A stretch of DNA of 64,000 bases from Anaerolineales bacterium (GTDB lineage Bacteria; Chloroflexota; Anaerolineae; Anaerolineales; UBA11579): NCBI GenBank assembly GCA_019637755.1, contig JAHBVC010000002.1, forward strand, positions 293,342-357,341. Reading direction: 5' to 3'. This document shows positions 44,290 through 53,522 of the stretch, piece by piece. Under the pieces are notes generated by a model. The model had not been told where the DNA came from, made no database searches, and saw nothing but the letters and a program-made list of their open reading frames with translations. The position numbers were made by a program, and so were the translations under genes. Each line of letters begins with the position of its first letter. Position 1 is the stretch's first letter.

Positions 44290-46011
44290 CTACTTCGTAT
44301 TGGCGCCGGCTACCGCATCCGGATTGGCCATCACCGGCGGCAAGCCGCCGGCCGCCGGGTCAAATCCGCGCCGGCTGGCGCTCGCCGGCGGTTCCGCGGG
44401 GCCATCCAGCTCGGCCAGCAGGCGGCGCTTGCGCAGCTCCAGTTGCGCCGCGGCCAATTGCTCCTGCTCGGCCTGCGCCATCACCTCCTTGGCATCCGTC
44501 TCGCCGATCTGCTCCAGCGCCCGCTCGCGGCTGTAGCCCAGATCGCGTACTGCCATGCTGGCGGCGTTGATGCGCGCCATGCGGTCAGTGGGCACATCGG
44601 CGGTCAGCTCCACATCGATCAGCACCTGGCTCAGATCCAGCTTGCGCGGATCCAACGTGATCGTCTCACTGCGTCCGCGCTGGCTGATGTGCGCCTCCAG
44701 CGGCTGCTGGCTGTGCTGCACCCAATTGAGCATCAGTTGGAACACCTCGGCCAACGCATCCTGGGCCAATTCCTTGTAGGGCGTCAGACTCTTGATGCCG
44801 CTCTGCGTCGCCAGGTTGAGCGTGGCGAACGCCGCCCCCAGCGGGAAATCAGCAGTTTGCAGCACGCGTGGCACGGTGCTCTTGCCCATGCGCTCCGCCA
44901 CGCGCTCGGCGATGCGTGCCAAGCTCTCATCCAGCCCCGGGGCGGCCAGCGGGTTGAGCTGGTGCCCCGGCGGCACGTGCACGATGCGGCCGGGTTCGCC
45001 GTAATCCACATCCACCTCGGCACTGGGGCCTTCTACCTTCAGCCGCGGCGCGGCGGCATAGGCGATGACTTCAGAAGCCAGTAAGGTCTCCACGATGTTT
45101 TGGGTATCCCACTGGCGCGATTGGTAGATGCTGGCCAGCAAAGGGATACGCTGGTGGCTGCCGCGATGCAGCGTGGTGCCGCCCACCTTGGCGGCCCAGG
45201 GCAAGAAACCCAGCCCGTGCTCCTCCTGCAGGATCAGCCGCGCCCCCGCCTCCGGCGTGCCACCCGGGTCGGCCAGGGCGCTGGCATCGCTTTGCGGCAC
45301 TGCCCACACGGTGCGCTGCTGCGTATCCATGTAGTCGTATACGCTCACATGCGTGAACGCCGCGCTCTTGCGCAACGGCCCGCCGCGGCCTGCCGGGCGG
45401 GCTTGCTTGAGCTGGCTGGCCAGGGCCTGCCCCCAGAAGGCCAGCGCTTCCTCCAGTGGCATCAGTTGCTTGAGCAGCACGGCCTCGGGCATCCAGTCGG
45501 AGTAGCGCACGTGCACATCCTGCGGGTTGCGCACGATGATGGCAAACGGCCCAAAACGCTGCGCCGCCGCGTGTGGCGCGCCGGCGCCCAACCATTGCGC
45601 CGCCTGCTGCTGCGCCGGCAGGTAGACCACCTGCGCCACTACCTCATCGTACAGCAGGGCACTCAGCACCACATCGCGCAGCACGCTAGCCCGCCGCCGG
45701 CGGCTGGCATTGCGGAAGTGCCAGGCCAGGGCGCGCTCAATGCGCTCGGCCTGGCTGCGGGCGCTGCGCCCGCCCAGCGGCTGCACGGTGATGCGCGGCG
45801 CCACCGAGCTGAGTACGCGTGTGCCCGCCCGCACCGCGTCGTGCGGATCGGTGCTGACCACTTTGTGCACCCAGCCCACCGCCTGCAGCGGCGGCGGTAG
45901 TTGCCAGCGGTTGTGCCACATGGCGTCCATGGCGCGCAGCATTTCATCGCGCTCGCGGTCGGCGGCGATCATGTGTGAAGCGACAGTTTGAAAGTAGGCT
46001 AGCTCTTGCAT
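44290..46011 (-). CDS. Portal-like protein (573 aa), solitary
   Basis: AGGGGGA SD as in the capsid module. Size, the acidic/helical C-terminal tail (..AQAEQEQLAAAQLELRKRRLLAELDG..) and overall composition are compatible with a podovirus-type portal. I could not anchor a diagnostic motif by eye. Confidence 0.4.
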   Translation of the reverse strand: MQELAYFQTVASHMIAADRERDEMLRAMDAMWHNRWQLPPPLQAVGWVHKVVSTDPHDAVRAGTRVLSSVAPRITVQPLGGRSARSQAERIERALAWHFRNASRRRRASVLRDVVLSALLYDEVVAQVVYLPAQQQAAQWLGAGAPHAAAQRFGPFAIIVRNPQDVHVRYSDWMPEAVLLKQLMPLEEALAFWGQALASQLKQARPAGRGGPLRKSAAFTHVSVYDYMDTQQRTVWAVPQSDASALADPGGTPEAGARLILQEEHGLGFLPWAAKVGGTTLHRGSHQRIPLLASIYQSRQWDTQNIVETLLASEVIAYAAAPRLKVEGPSAEVDVDYGEPGRIVHVPPGHQLNPLAAPGLDESLARIAERVAERMGKSTVPRVLQTADFPLGAAFATLNLATQSGIKSLTPYKELAQDALAEVFQLMLNWVQHSQQPLEAHISQRGRSETITLDPRKLDLSQVLIDVELTADVPTDRMARINAASMAVRDLGYSRERALEQIGETDAKEVMAQAEQEQLAAAQLELRKRRLLAELDGPAEPPASASRRGFDPAAGGLPPVMANPDAVAGANTK

Positions 46012-46107
46012 CGTTCCCCCTTTTTTGGCAGTGTAGCCAGTATCCAGCCAATCCCCAAGATTAAGCTCGCTTTGTCAAGCACCCCAAACACAAGCACACA
46101 AAGCAAT

Positions 46108-46140
46108 CTTTGTGTCTTTGTGTCCTTTGTGTCTTTGTGG
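46108..46140. repeat. CTTTGTGT tandem repeat (4 units)
   Basis: ctttgtgt ctttgtgt cctttgtgt ctttgtgg (reverse strand reads ..KDTKDTK..), upstream of the portal-like gene. Confidence 0.8.
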
Positions 46141-46162
46141 TGAAGAAGATGAAAATTCTTGC

Positions 46163-46191
46163 AAAAAAGACGGCCGTTAGGCCGTCTTTTT
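46163..46191 (-). terminator. Intrinsic terminator of the rhomboid gene
   Basis: aaaaaagacggccgttaggccgtcttttt. Confidence 0.8.
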
Positions 46192-46878
46192 CTAGTATCC
46201 GATGTAGCGCCCGCGATTTTGCGGCGGCGCAAGTTCGCGCAGCCGCTGGCGGTCACGAAAGATAAACGAGAGCAGTAGGCCAGCAATGAAGCCGCCGATG
46301 TGGGCCATGTAGGCCACGCCGCCGGTATCCGCCGCGCCGGGGTCCAGCGAGCCCAGGCCACTGAAGAGCTGCAGCACGAACCAAAAACCGATCACGATCA
46401 GCGCGTTCATCTGAGTGATAAAGCGGCCCAGCAGCACATTAATGCGCCGCCCTGGGAACATCACCAGATAGGCGCCCAGTACGCCGGCAATCGCGCCGGA
46501 GGCGCCCAGGTTCGGAATGTTCGAGGCAGGATTGAAGACAAATTGCAGCACCGTGGCGCCAATGCCACTGAGTAGATAAAAAATGAGGAACTTGAGCGAG
46601 CCGAAGTTGTCCTCAACGTTATCGCCAAAGATCCACAGATAGAGCATATTGCCGGCCAAGTGCATCAGCCCGGCGTGCATGAACATGGCGCTAAAGATCG
46701 TGGTCGATTCCCAAATGGGGTTCTGTACAAAGCGCGCCGGCACAAACGCCCATTCCACAATAAAAGCATCGCCCAGCAAATACTCCAACCCAAAGACCAG
46801 AATGTTCAGCGCAACCAGCGCATAGGTCACTACCGGGGTGCTGCGACGGCCCGAATTGTCATCACCAATTGGCATCAT
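46192..46878 (-). CDS. Rhomboid-family intramembrane serine protease
   Basis: AAGGAGA SD precedes ATG 46878. MMPIGDDNSGRRSTPVVTYALVALNILVF.., HAGLMHLAGNMLYLW, GASGAIAGVLGAY (catalytic Ser), AHIGGFIAG (His). Confidence 0.8.
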   Translation of the reverse strand: MMPIGDDNSGRRSTPVVTYALVALNILVFGLEYLLGDAFIVEWAFVPARFVQNPIWESTTIFSAMFMHAGLMHLAGNMLYLWIFGDNVEDNFGSLKFLIFYLLSGIGATVLQFVFNPASNIPNLGASGAIAGVLGAYLVMFPGRRINVLLGRFITQMNALIVIGFWFVLQLFSGLGSLDPGAADTGGVAYMAHIGGFIAGLLLSFIFRDRQRLRELAPPQNRGRYIGY

Positions 46879-46930
46879 AGCGGGAGTCTCCTTGGCAAAA
46901 TTATAAACTGGCCCATATTTTCTGCGGCGC

Positions 46931-48115
46931 ATGCGCTGGCCGCCACTTACACTGGGCGCAGTTGTGAAGAAATCCACCCTCTTGGCGCTGGTGCTAGTTA
47001 ACCTGGCCATCCTGGCCGGGATTGCCACGTTCAGCGCCGCTAGCATCGTGCCACAACGGCAAAACCGCTTCGATTTCTACCCGCACTGGGTAGCGGGCCG
47101 GGCGGTGTGGGCCGGCGAAACCCCCTACCAGCCCGCCGTCACCGAGCGCATCCAGCGCGGCATGTTCGGCACGCGATTGCCCGCCGGCACCGACCAGCAC
47201 CGCTTGGTCTACCCTGCTTACGCAAGCCTGCTGCTGGGGCCGCTGGTGGCGCTGCCTGCCAACCTAGCCATCCCGATATGGATGGCCTTGCAGTTGTGGG
47301 CTTTCTTGGTGACGCCGCTGGTCTGGCTGGCCATCTTACGGGTGCGCCCTTCGCCGCTGCGCCTGGCCTATTTGCTGGTCGGGCTGGTGCTGGTCTTCCG
47401 CTATCCAATGATCGTGTTTGTCATCGGTCAATTCACCGGCACACTACTGCTCTTGCTCTCACTGGGCATCTACTTGCTGACCCGGAACAAAGACGCCTGG
47501 GCCGGGTTGGCCTTCGCTCTTGCCACCGTGCCACCTTCGCTCTCCGGCCCGCTGGCGCTGGTACTGCTCGGCGCGGTGGCCCTGCGCGGGCGCTGGCGCG
47601 GCCTGGCCAGCTTCCTGGGCAGCCTGGCGCTGCTCACGCTGGCCAGCAGCCTGCGCATCGGCTGGTGGCTGCCTGATTTCCTCACCGCGGTGGGCAATTA
47701 CTCTGGGTATAGCAGCCTGGTATGGCCACCCAGTTTGCTCGGCGCCCCCTGGGCCGCCTGGGGCTTCACTGTGCTGGTGGCCGGCTGGCTGCTGCATTGG
47801 CTGCGCGCCTATTTGCGCGCCCCAGGCTCCCATTTTGTGGGGTTTAGCCTGGCGGCCCTGCTGGCTGCGCTGTTGTTGCTGCCGCAAACCGGAACCTATA
47901 CATTGAGTCTATTAATCGTGGTGTTATTTGCTTTATCATTGCAGCCACACCCGCACCGGCCGCAAGACGCTTTGCTGCTTGGCCTCATGCTCAGCCCCTG
48001 GCTGTTCTATCGCCTGGGCGATACGCCCTTGCAACTGCTGGTGCTACCACTGCTATGCCTGCTGCTCTTCCAATGGAACGGGGCACCTACGCAGGACGGA
48101 GTTGTTGATGGATAA
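46931..48115 (+). CDS. Polytopic membrane protein, DUF2029/GT87-like glycosyltransferase (tentative)
   Basis: 394 aa, more than 10 helices. N-terminal FDFYPHWVAGRAVWAGETPY resembles the DUF2029 family. The start is ATG 46931 or GTG 46964. Confidence 0.5.
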   Translation: MRWPPLTLGAVVKKSTLLALVLVNLAILAGIATFSAASIVPQRQNRFDFYPHWVAGRAVWAGETPYQPAVTERIQRGMFGTRLPAGTDQHRLVYPAYASLLLGPLVALPANLAIPIWMALQLWAFLVTPLVWLAILRVRPSPLRLAYLLVGLVLVFRYPMIVFVIGQFTGTLLLLLSLGIYLLTRNKDAWAGLAFALATVPPSLSGPLALVLLGAVALRGRWRGLASFLGSLALLTLASSLRIGWWLPDFLTAVGNYSGYSSLVWPPSLLGAPWAAWGFTVLVAGWLLHWLRAYLRAPGSHFVGFSLAALLAALLLLPQTGTYTLSLLIVVLFALSLQPHPHRPQDALLLGLMLSPWLFYRLGDTPLQLLVLPLLCLLLFQWNGAPTQDGVVDG

Positions 48116-48491
48116 AAACAAGATCACCCTACAAGACTACGCCTTTTTCAACCGCCTGTTGGAAGGCTGCCAGATCGTCAGCCGCGATTTTCGCTATTTG
48201 TTCCTTAACGAAGTGATCCTCGAGCACGGCAAACGCCCCTGGGAAGAGCTGCTCGGCAAAACGATGATGGAGGTCTACCCCGGCATCGAGAATACCGAGA
48301 TGTTTGCCAAGCTCAAAGAGGTGATGGAGACCGGCATGCCCGAGCGCATGCTCAATCACTTCACCTACCCGGATGGCAGCGAAGCCTGGTTCGATCTCAA
48401 CATCCTGCCCTGGCCGGATGGCGCCCTGATCCTCTCGCTGGACATCAGCGCCCAAAAACGCCTGGAACAGATCGAGGGCACCCAACGTTAG
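48108..48491 (+). CDS. Stand-alone PAS-domain protein
   Basis: ATG 48108 overlaps the upstream stop. ..CQIVSRDFRYLFLNEVILEHGKRPWEELLGKTMMEVYPG..WFDLNILPWPDGALILSLDISAQKRLE. Confidence 0.7.
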   Translation: MDKNKITLQDYAFFNRLLEGCQIVSRDFRYLFLNEVILEHGKRPWEELLGKTMMEVYPGIENTEMFAKLKEVMETGMPERMLNHFTYPDGSEAWFDLNILPWPDGALILSLDISAQKRLEQIEGTQR

Positions 48492-48607
48492 TGTTAACTC
48501 ACCCAGGCATTACGCTGGGTATAGTACGTATACGCTGAGTTGACAAAAGGTATTGTCTAATCTTGGTGGTATCGAAAGGGGTTAGCACGAACACAAGGAC
48601 GGCCCGC

Positions 48608-48985
48608 ATGGAGACGCTGGAATTCCCGGCTTGGTTGGAGCAAAAATACATTGAGTGGCAAAGTGCGCGCGGCAAGCGTGCTACCCTGGCCCAGTTTGCT
48701 GACCATCTAGGCCTCTCGGCGCCGCTGCTCAGCCACTACCTCAACGGCATTCGCAAGCCCACTCGCGAAAACACCCGCAAGCTCGCCCAGCGCTTAGGCC
48801 CAGAAGTTTACGATATACTGGGCCTTCAGCATCCTGACCCTAAGCTGCGTTTTATCACGCGCAACTGGAGCCAGTTGACAGCTGAACAACAGCAACAGCT
48901 TCTGGCCGCGGCCGAGAAGCTGCTGAAGGCGGGAAATGAAGAATCAGCCTCACGTACAGGTCGGCCTAAGAAAACTGACAGATAG
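48608..48985 (+). CDS. XRE/Cro-type helix-turn-helix protein
   Basis: ATG 48608. ..KRATLAQFADHLGLSAPLLSHYLNGIRKPTRENTRKLAQRLG is an HTH. The C-terminus is helical and basic. Confidence 0.65.
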   Translation: METLEFPAWLEQKYIEWQSARGKRATLAQFADHLGLSAPLLSHYLNGIRKPTRENTRKLAQRLGPEVYDILGLQHPDPKLRFITRNWSQLTAEQQQQLLAAAEKLLKAGNEESASRTGRPKKTDR

Positions 48986-49095
48986 CTGGGATGCGTTATC
49001 GCTGGCCCGGCGCTGGCAGCTATTCACCCTCACGCTGCTCTTCCTGACAAAGAATTGGCTCACCACCAACCGCAAAACAGAGTAGTTGCGCGCCC

Positions 49096-50952
49096 TTACT
49101 CCAGGGCTTGTTTGGCGCGCTTGGCCTCGCGGCCGCGCACATGCATATCCAGGATCTTCTTGCGAATGCGCAGACTCTGCGGGGTGACCTCAAGCAACTC
49201 GTCGTCCGCCAACTGCTCGATCGACTCGTCCAGGCTCATCACCCGTGGCGGGGTCAGGCGCTGCTCGATCTCGCCGCGGCTATCGGCGCGCACGCCGGTG
49301 AGCTTCTTGGTCTTGCACACATTGACTTCCAGGTCGCCTTCGCGCGGCTGCTCGCCCACGACCATGCCGGCATACACTTCCGTGCCCGCGCTGATGTAGA
49401 GGATGCCGCGCTCTTCGGCGGCGCGCAAGCCATAGGTCACCGCCGTGCCGGTCTCATAGGCGATCAATGAGCCGCGCGCCCGCGAGGTGATCGTGCCCGC
49501 CACCGGGCGATAGCCGGCAAACAGCGTGTTCATGATGCCGCGGCCGCGCGTGGCGGTGAGGAACTGCTGGCGAAAGCCGAGCAAACCACGCGTGGGCACA
49601 ACAAAGGTCATCAAGGTGCTACCGGCCGGGCCTTCCATCATCTGCTGCATTTCGCCGCGCCGCCGCCCCATCATTTCCACCACCACGCCGGCCGTGTCCG
49701 GCCCGGTTTCGATATGCACTTCTTCGAACGGCTCCAGCGTATTGCCTTCGCCATCTTTTTTGAGGATCACTTCCGGGCGGGCCACATGGAATTCGTAGCC
49801 CTCGCGGCGCATGGTCTCGATCAGGATCGCCAGGTGCAGCTCGCCGCGCCCGGAGACAATGAAGGTATCGGCGCTCTCGGTATCCTCTACGCGCAACGAA
49901 AGATTGCTACGCAGCTCGTTGTAGAGGCGCTCACGCAGCTTGCGGCTGGTGCCCCACTTGCCTTCGCGACCAGCAAACGGCGAGGTGTTGACGCCGAAGG
50001 CCATACGCACGGTTGGCTCTTCCACGGTGATGCCGGGCAGCGCCACAGCGTGCTCACGGTCGGCCAGGGTTTCGCCGATGGCAATACCTTCCAGGCCGGC
50101 CACGGCCACAATGTCGCCGGCGCGCGCCTCTTGCACTTCCACGCGCTGCAAACCATCCTGCAAGTACAGGTAGCGCAACACTTCGGGCAAGTTGCGCCCG
50201 TCCAGCGTCAGGCGCGCCACCGTCTGGCTCACTTGCATGCGCCCGGCGAAAATACGCCCGATGGCGGTCTGGCCGCGGTAGTTGTCATAATCCAGCGTGG
50301 TCACCAGCATCTGCAGCGGCGCGTCCGCATCCACCACCGGGGGCGGCACTTCGTTGAGGATCGTTTCGAACAAGGGCTGCAGATCCGGCCCAAGCTCCGG
50401 CGTCAGGCCGGCGCGCTGCTGGGCGCCGATGGCATACACCACCGGGAAATCGGCCTGGGCATCGGTGGCCCCCAGATCGACAAACAGGTCAAAGGTCTCG
50501 TTGAGCGTGCGCGCTACGTCGGCGTCTTTGCGGTCTACTTTGTTGATCACCACGATGGCGCGCAGGCCCATCTCCAGCGCCTTTTTCAGCACAAAGCGTG
50601 TCTGCGGGCGCGGGCCTTCGGCGGCATCCACCAGCAGCAACACACCATCCACCATGTTCATCACGCGCTCGACCTCGCCGCCGAAATCAGCGTGGCCGGG
50701 GGTATCTACGATGTTGATCTTTACGGGGGTGTTGGTTGCCGGGTTGATAATTTGAATGGCGGTGTTCTTGGCCAGGATGGTGATGCCGCGTTCGCGTTCC
50801 AAGTCATTGGAGTCCATCACGCGTTCGGCTACCTGCTGGTTCTCACGGAACACACGCGCCTGGCGCAACAAGCCATCCACCAGGGTGGTTTTGCCATGGT
50901 CTACATGGGCAATAATGGCAATATTTCGTAAATCGTCTCGAGGTGTTTTCAT
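49096..50952 (-). CDS. typA: Translational GTPase TypA/BipA
   Basis: [31 protein letters not shown] and NKVDR are present, with the BipA-specific C-terminal domain. ATG 50952. Confidence 0.9.
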   Translation of the reverse strand: MKTPRDDLRNIAIIAHVDHGKTTLVDGLLRQARVFRENQQVAERVMDSNDLERERGITILAKNTAIQIINPATNTPVKINIVDTPGHADFGGEVERVMNMVDGVLLLVDAAEGPRPQTRFVLKKALEMGLRAIVVINKVDRKDADVARTLNETFDLFVDLGATDAQADFPVVYAIGAQQRAGLTPELGPDLQPLFETILNEVPPPVVDADAPLQMLVTTLDYDNYRGQTAIGRIFAGRMQVSQTVARLTLDGRNLPEVLRYLYLQDGLQRVEVQEARAGDIVAVAGLEGIAIGETLADREHAVALPGITVEEPTVRMAFGVNTSPFAGREGKWGTSRKLRERLYNELRSNLSLRVEDTESADTFIVSGRGELHLAILIETMRREGYEFHVARPEVILKKDGEGNTLEPFEEVHIETGPDTAGVVVEMMGRRRGEMQQMMEGPAGSTLMTFVVPTRGLLGFRQQFLTATRGRGIMNTLFAGYRPVAGTITSRARGSLIAYETGTAVTYGLRAAEERGILYISAGTEVYAGMVVGEQPREGDLEVNVCKTKKLTGVRADSRGEIEQRLTPPRVMSLDESIEQLADDELLEVTPQSLRIRKKILDMHVRGREAKRAKQALE

Positions 50953-51023
50953 AAAAGTCTTCCCATTAAAAAGACCCTGCACGGGGCAGGGCCTTGTAAG
51001 AAGGAGATTATAGCAGATGAAAT

Positions 51024-51938
51024 TCAGGGTTGCGGGCAGAGAAAGTACGGATCGATGGCATCGCCCCCTTCAGACATCCAGCCGGTTTGGCCGCTTTCAT
51101 CGCGCACCTGCCACCACGACCAGTCGTCGGCGCAAATTGGGCCATACATAACCTCCAGCGTGCTGCCGGGGGCATAGCGGCCGATGCGATCGGCTGAGCG
51201 GCTGGGCGAACTGCGCATGAACACGCTATCGCGCAGGGTGCATACCTGGGCATGCGCCCCCACGACTAAGCGCTGTGCGGGGGCTCCCGCGCAGCTCAAA
51301 TCTACAAAGCCGGCGCGTCCCATGCCGTTTTCGGGAGCCGTTATCGCGGAAGAGGTTACCTGGCTACATGCGATCAAATCATTGCCGCGCGATGGCGTGT
51401 TGTACACGCCGATCAATTCCCATTCCCCGCTCTCGCCATCGAAGACCAGCCCGGTACTGCTCGACTCCCAGGGTTCATCGAGGACGTAGCACCCGCTGAT
51501 ATCGCAATAGTCTGTTTGCACCCAGGCCGGGTTCCACCCCTCCACCCACACCAGCATCCACGGCATGGACGGCACAAACATATAGCCCTGGCACGCCGCG
51601 CCGTTGCCTACGCGTTGTTGCAAGGCTTCATAGAATTCCTGGCGGGTAACGATGGTATTGCCCTCACCCTCAAAGCGAGAGTAGAAGACATTCTCGGCCT
51701 GCACCATGTCTCGCAGGATGTCTGGCCGGTTATTCTGCAGCGCAAAATCGATGGCGCGGATGATTTCGTACGCATCACCGTGATCGTAGTCAGTTGCGGT
51801 TTCCCTGAGCGGCTCCTGGCTGGGTTGAAGCGCCTGCAGCGTAGGCGCCTGCACGCGCCCCGCTTGTGACACCGTTTTGCAAGCTACGGCGATCAACGCC
51901 GCCAGGATCAAGAGACCAATGCGCACCTTTGCCATCAT
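51024..51938 (-). CDS. Lipoprotein with C-terminal SH3b-like domain
   Basis: Signal/lipobox [13 protein letters not shown]-terminus ..[60 protein letters not shown]. Confidence 0.5.
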   Translation of the reverse strand: MMAKVRIGLLILAALIAVACKTVSQAGRVQAPTLQALQPSQEPLRETATDYDHGDAYEIIRAIDFALQNNRPDILRDMVQAENVFYSRFEGEGNTIVTRQEFYEALQQRVGNGAACQGYMFVPSMPWMLVWVEGWNPAWVQTDYCDISGCYVLDEPWESSSTGLVFDGESGEWELIGVYNTPSRGNDLIACSQVTSSAITAPENGMGRAGFVDLSCAGAPAQRLVVGAHAQVCTLRDSVFMRSSPSRSADRIGRYAPGSTLEVMYGPICADDWSWWQVRDESGQTGWMSEGGDAIDPYFLCPQP

Positions 51939-52030
51939 GTACCCCAAGCACTTGACATATTGCCCCAACTTTTACTGGAAAGATAAAAAGTCGTTATATC
52001 AGAAAAAAACTATTCACTACAGGGGGCTTT

Positions 52031-53470
52031 ATGGCAATCGATCTGCAGGATCACGCCGAAGATTTTGCGCGCTTTTATGAAATGCTCTACCAACGCCCAC
52101 TGCCGGCCCACGCGCGGCGCGATTGGGTCAAGCCGCTGTACGCCGCCCGCGCCGCCGGCAAAGGCCTGGTGGTCACCGCCTTCCGCGGCTCAGGCAAAAC
52201 CACCGCGCTCAGCATTGCCTTCAGCGCCTTTCGCATTGGGTTGCAGCCCAGCCAAAGCCACTTGCTGGTGCAAGCCAGCGATGCCATCGCGCACGACACC
52301 AGTGCCCAGATCGCCGAGCTGATCGCGCACAACCCCGGCTGGCAGGCGGCCTTCCCGCACCTGGTGCCAGACCGCAAAGTGAGCTGGGGCGCCGAAGGCT
52401 ACGAGCTCAACAATACGCACTACGACTATGCCGCATGGCGGGCGCGCTGTGCTCGCGACAAAGGCAAAGACCCCACACTGGTGGGCCTGGGTTACAAATC
52501 ACGCGCCATCATCGGCAAGCACCCTACCGGCTTGCTGTTGGTAGACGACATCCACGATGAGACCAATACGCGCTCGGTGCGCGAGCTGGACACAGTGGTG
52601 AAGATCCTCACCGGCACGATCCTGCCCACCGCCACGCCAGAGACCTGGCTGCTGGTGGTGGGCACGCCCTGGCAGGAGAACGATGCCCTGGCCTATCTGG
52701 CCGCCACCGGGCGCTTCAAAAGCGCCAGCACGCCGATCCTGCGCGGCCAGACCCCGCAATGGCCCAGCAAGTTTCCCAAAGCCGCCATCCGCAAGCTGCG
52801 CAAACTCAGCGGAGAGGCGGAGTTTGCACGCATGTACCTGCTGGATCTGGAAGCGGCCCAAGGCCTGCACCTCAAGCCGGAATGGCTGCTGCCCTACCCG
52901 CACGAAAAGATCAACCCGCGCTGGCCGGTGGTGATGGGGGTGGACTATGCCAGTACCGCGGATGAGCTGATTGGTCGGCGGCGCGATTATTTCGCCGTGG
53001 CCATCGGCCGCGTGCTGCCCGGCGGCGGCATCGTGCTGGTGGATGGCTTCCGCGCCCAAGTCAGCCAGGGCGAAGCCGAGCAGCAACTGCGCGCCCTGGC
53101 GGCGCAATATCCCTCGACCCAGATGATCGGCGTAGAGGCGGTGGGCAAAGGAGAGGAGTTCTATCACCTCATGCTGCGCACTTCCAGCCTGCCACTGCTG
53201 CCGCTGCACCCCGGCGGCAAAAGCAAGGGCCGCCGCTTCGAGGCGGGCATGGCGCCGCTGTTCCAAAATGGCCGCGCCCGCATTGCTAATGTAGAAACAC
53301 CGTTTCTGCGTGCGTTTCGGGATGAGTGGCTGCGCTGGCCCAACGGCGAGCATGACGATACGCTCGACGCGGTGGCCTGGATGCTGCACGTCGGCCGCAG
53401 CCACATTCCGCCGCGCCCGCCGCGCCCGGCTGCGCACGCCAACCCGTTTCGCAGCCTGGGGCGCGGCTAA
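52031..53470 (+). CDS. Phage terminase large-subunit-like protein, solitary
   Basis: Walker A FRGSGKTT, Walker B LLLVDDIHDE, coupling motif VVGTPW. C-terminal RNaseH-like nuclease residues VVMGVDYAS.. and EHDDTLDAVAWML. Confidence 0.7.
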   Translation: MAIDLQDHAEDFARFYEMLYQRPLPAHARRDWVKPLYAARAAGKGLVVTAFRGSGKTTALSIAFSAFRIGLQPSQSHLLVQASDAIAHDTSAQIAELIAHNPGWQAAFPHLVPDRKVSWGAEGYELNNTHYDYAAWRARCARDKGKDPTLVGLGYKSRAIIGKHPTGLLLVDDIHDETNTRSVRELDTVVKILTGTILPTATPETWLLVVGTPWQENDALAYLAATGRFKSASTPILRGQTPQWPSKFPKAAIRKLRKLSGEAEFARMYLLDLEAAQGLHLKPEWLLPYPHEKINPRWPVVMGVDYASTADELIGRRRDYFAVAIGRVLPGGGIVLVDGFRAQVSQGEAEQQLRALAAQYPSTQMIGVEAVGKGEEFYHLMLRTSSLPLLPLHPGGKSKGRRFEAGMAPLFQNGRARIANVETPFLRAFRDEWLRWPNGEHDDTLDAVAWMLHVGRSHIPPRPPRPAAHANPFRSLGRG

Positions 53471-53510
53471 GGCTGGCGATTCTGCTGATTGCGCCCGCCG
53501 CCGCTTTGCA

Positions 53511-53516
53511 TACAAT
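53511..53516 (+). promoter_or_regulatory. -10 box (TACAAT) 6 nt upstream of the ATG; probable leaderless transcript
   Basis: TTGCGC (53489-53494), 16 nt, TACAAT, gggcct, ATG 53523. Confidence 0.45.
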
Positions 53517-53522
53517 GGGCCT

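Noticed and set aside
49714-50931. 405-aa ORF antisense to typA. The same applies to 58292-59539 (415 aa), 52499-53626 (375 aa), 17665-18825 (386 aa) and 42068-43117 (349 aa).
   Set aside because: All overlap genes with diagnostic motifs on the other strand or frame, so I treat them as spurious.
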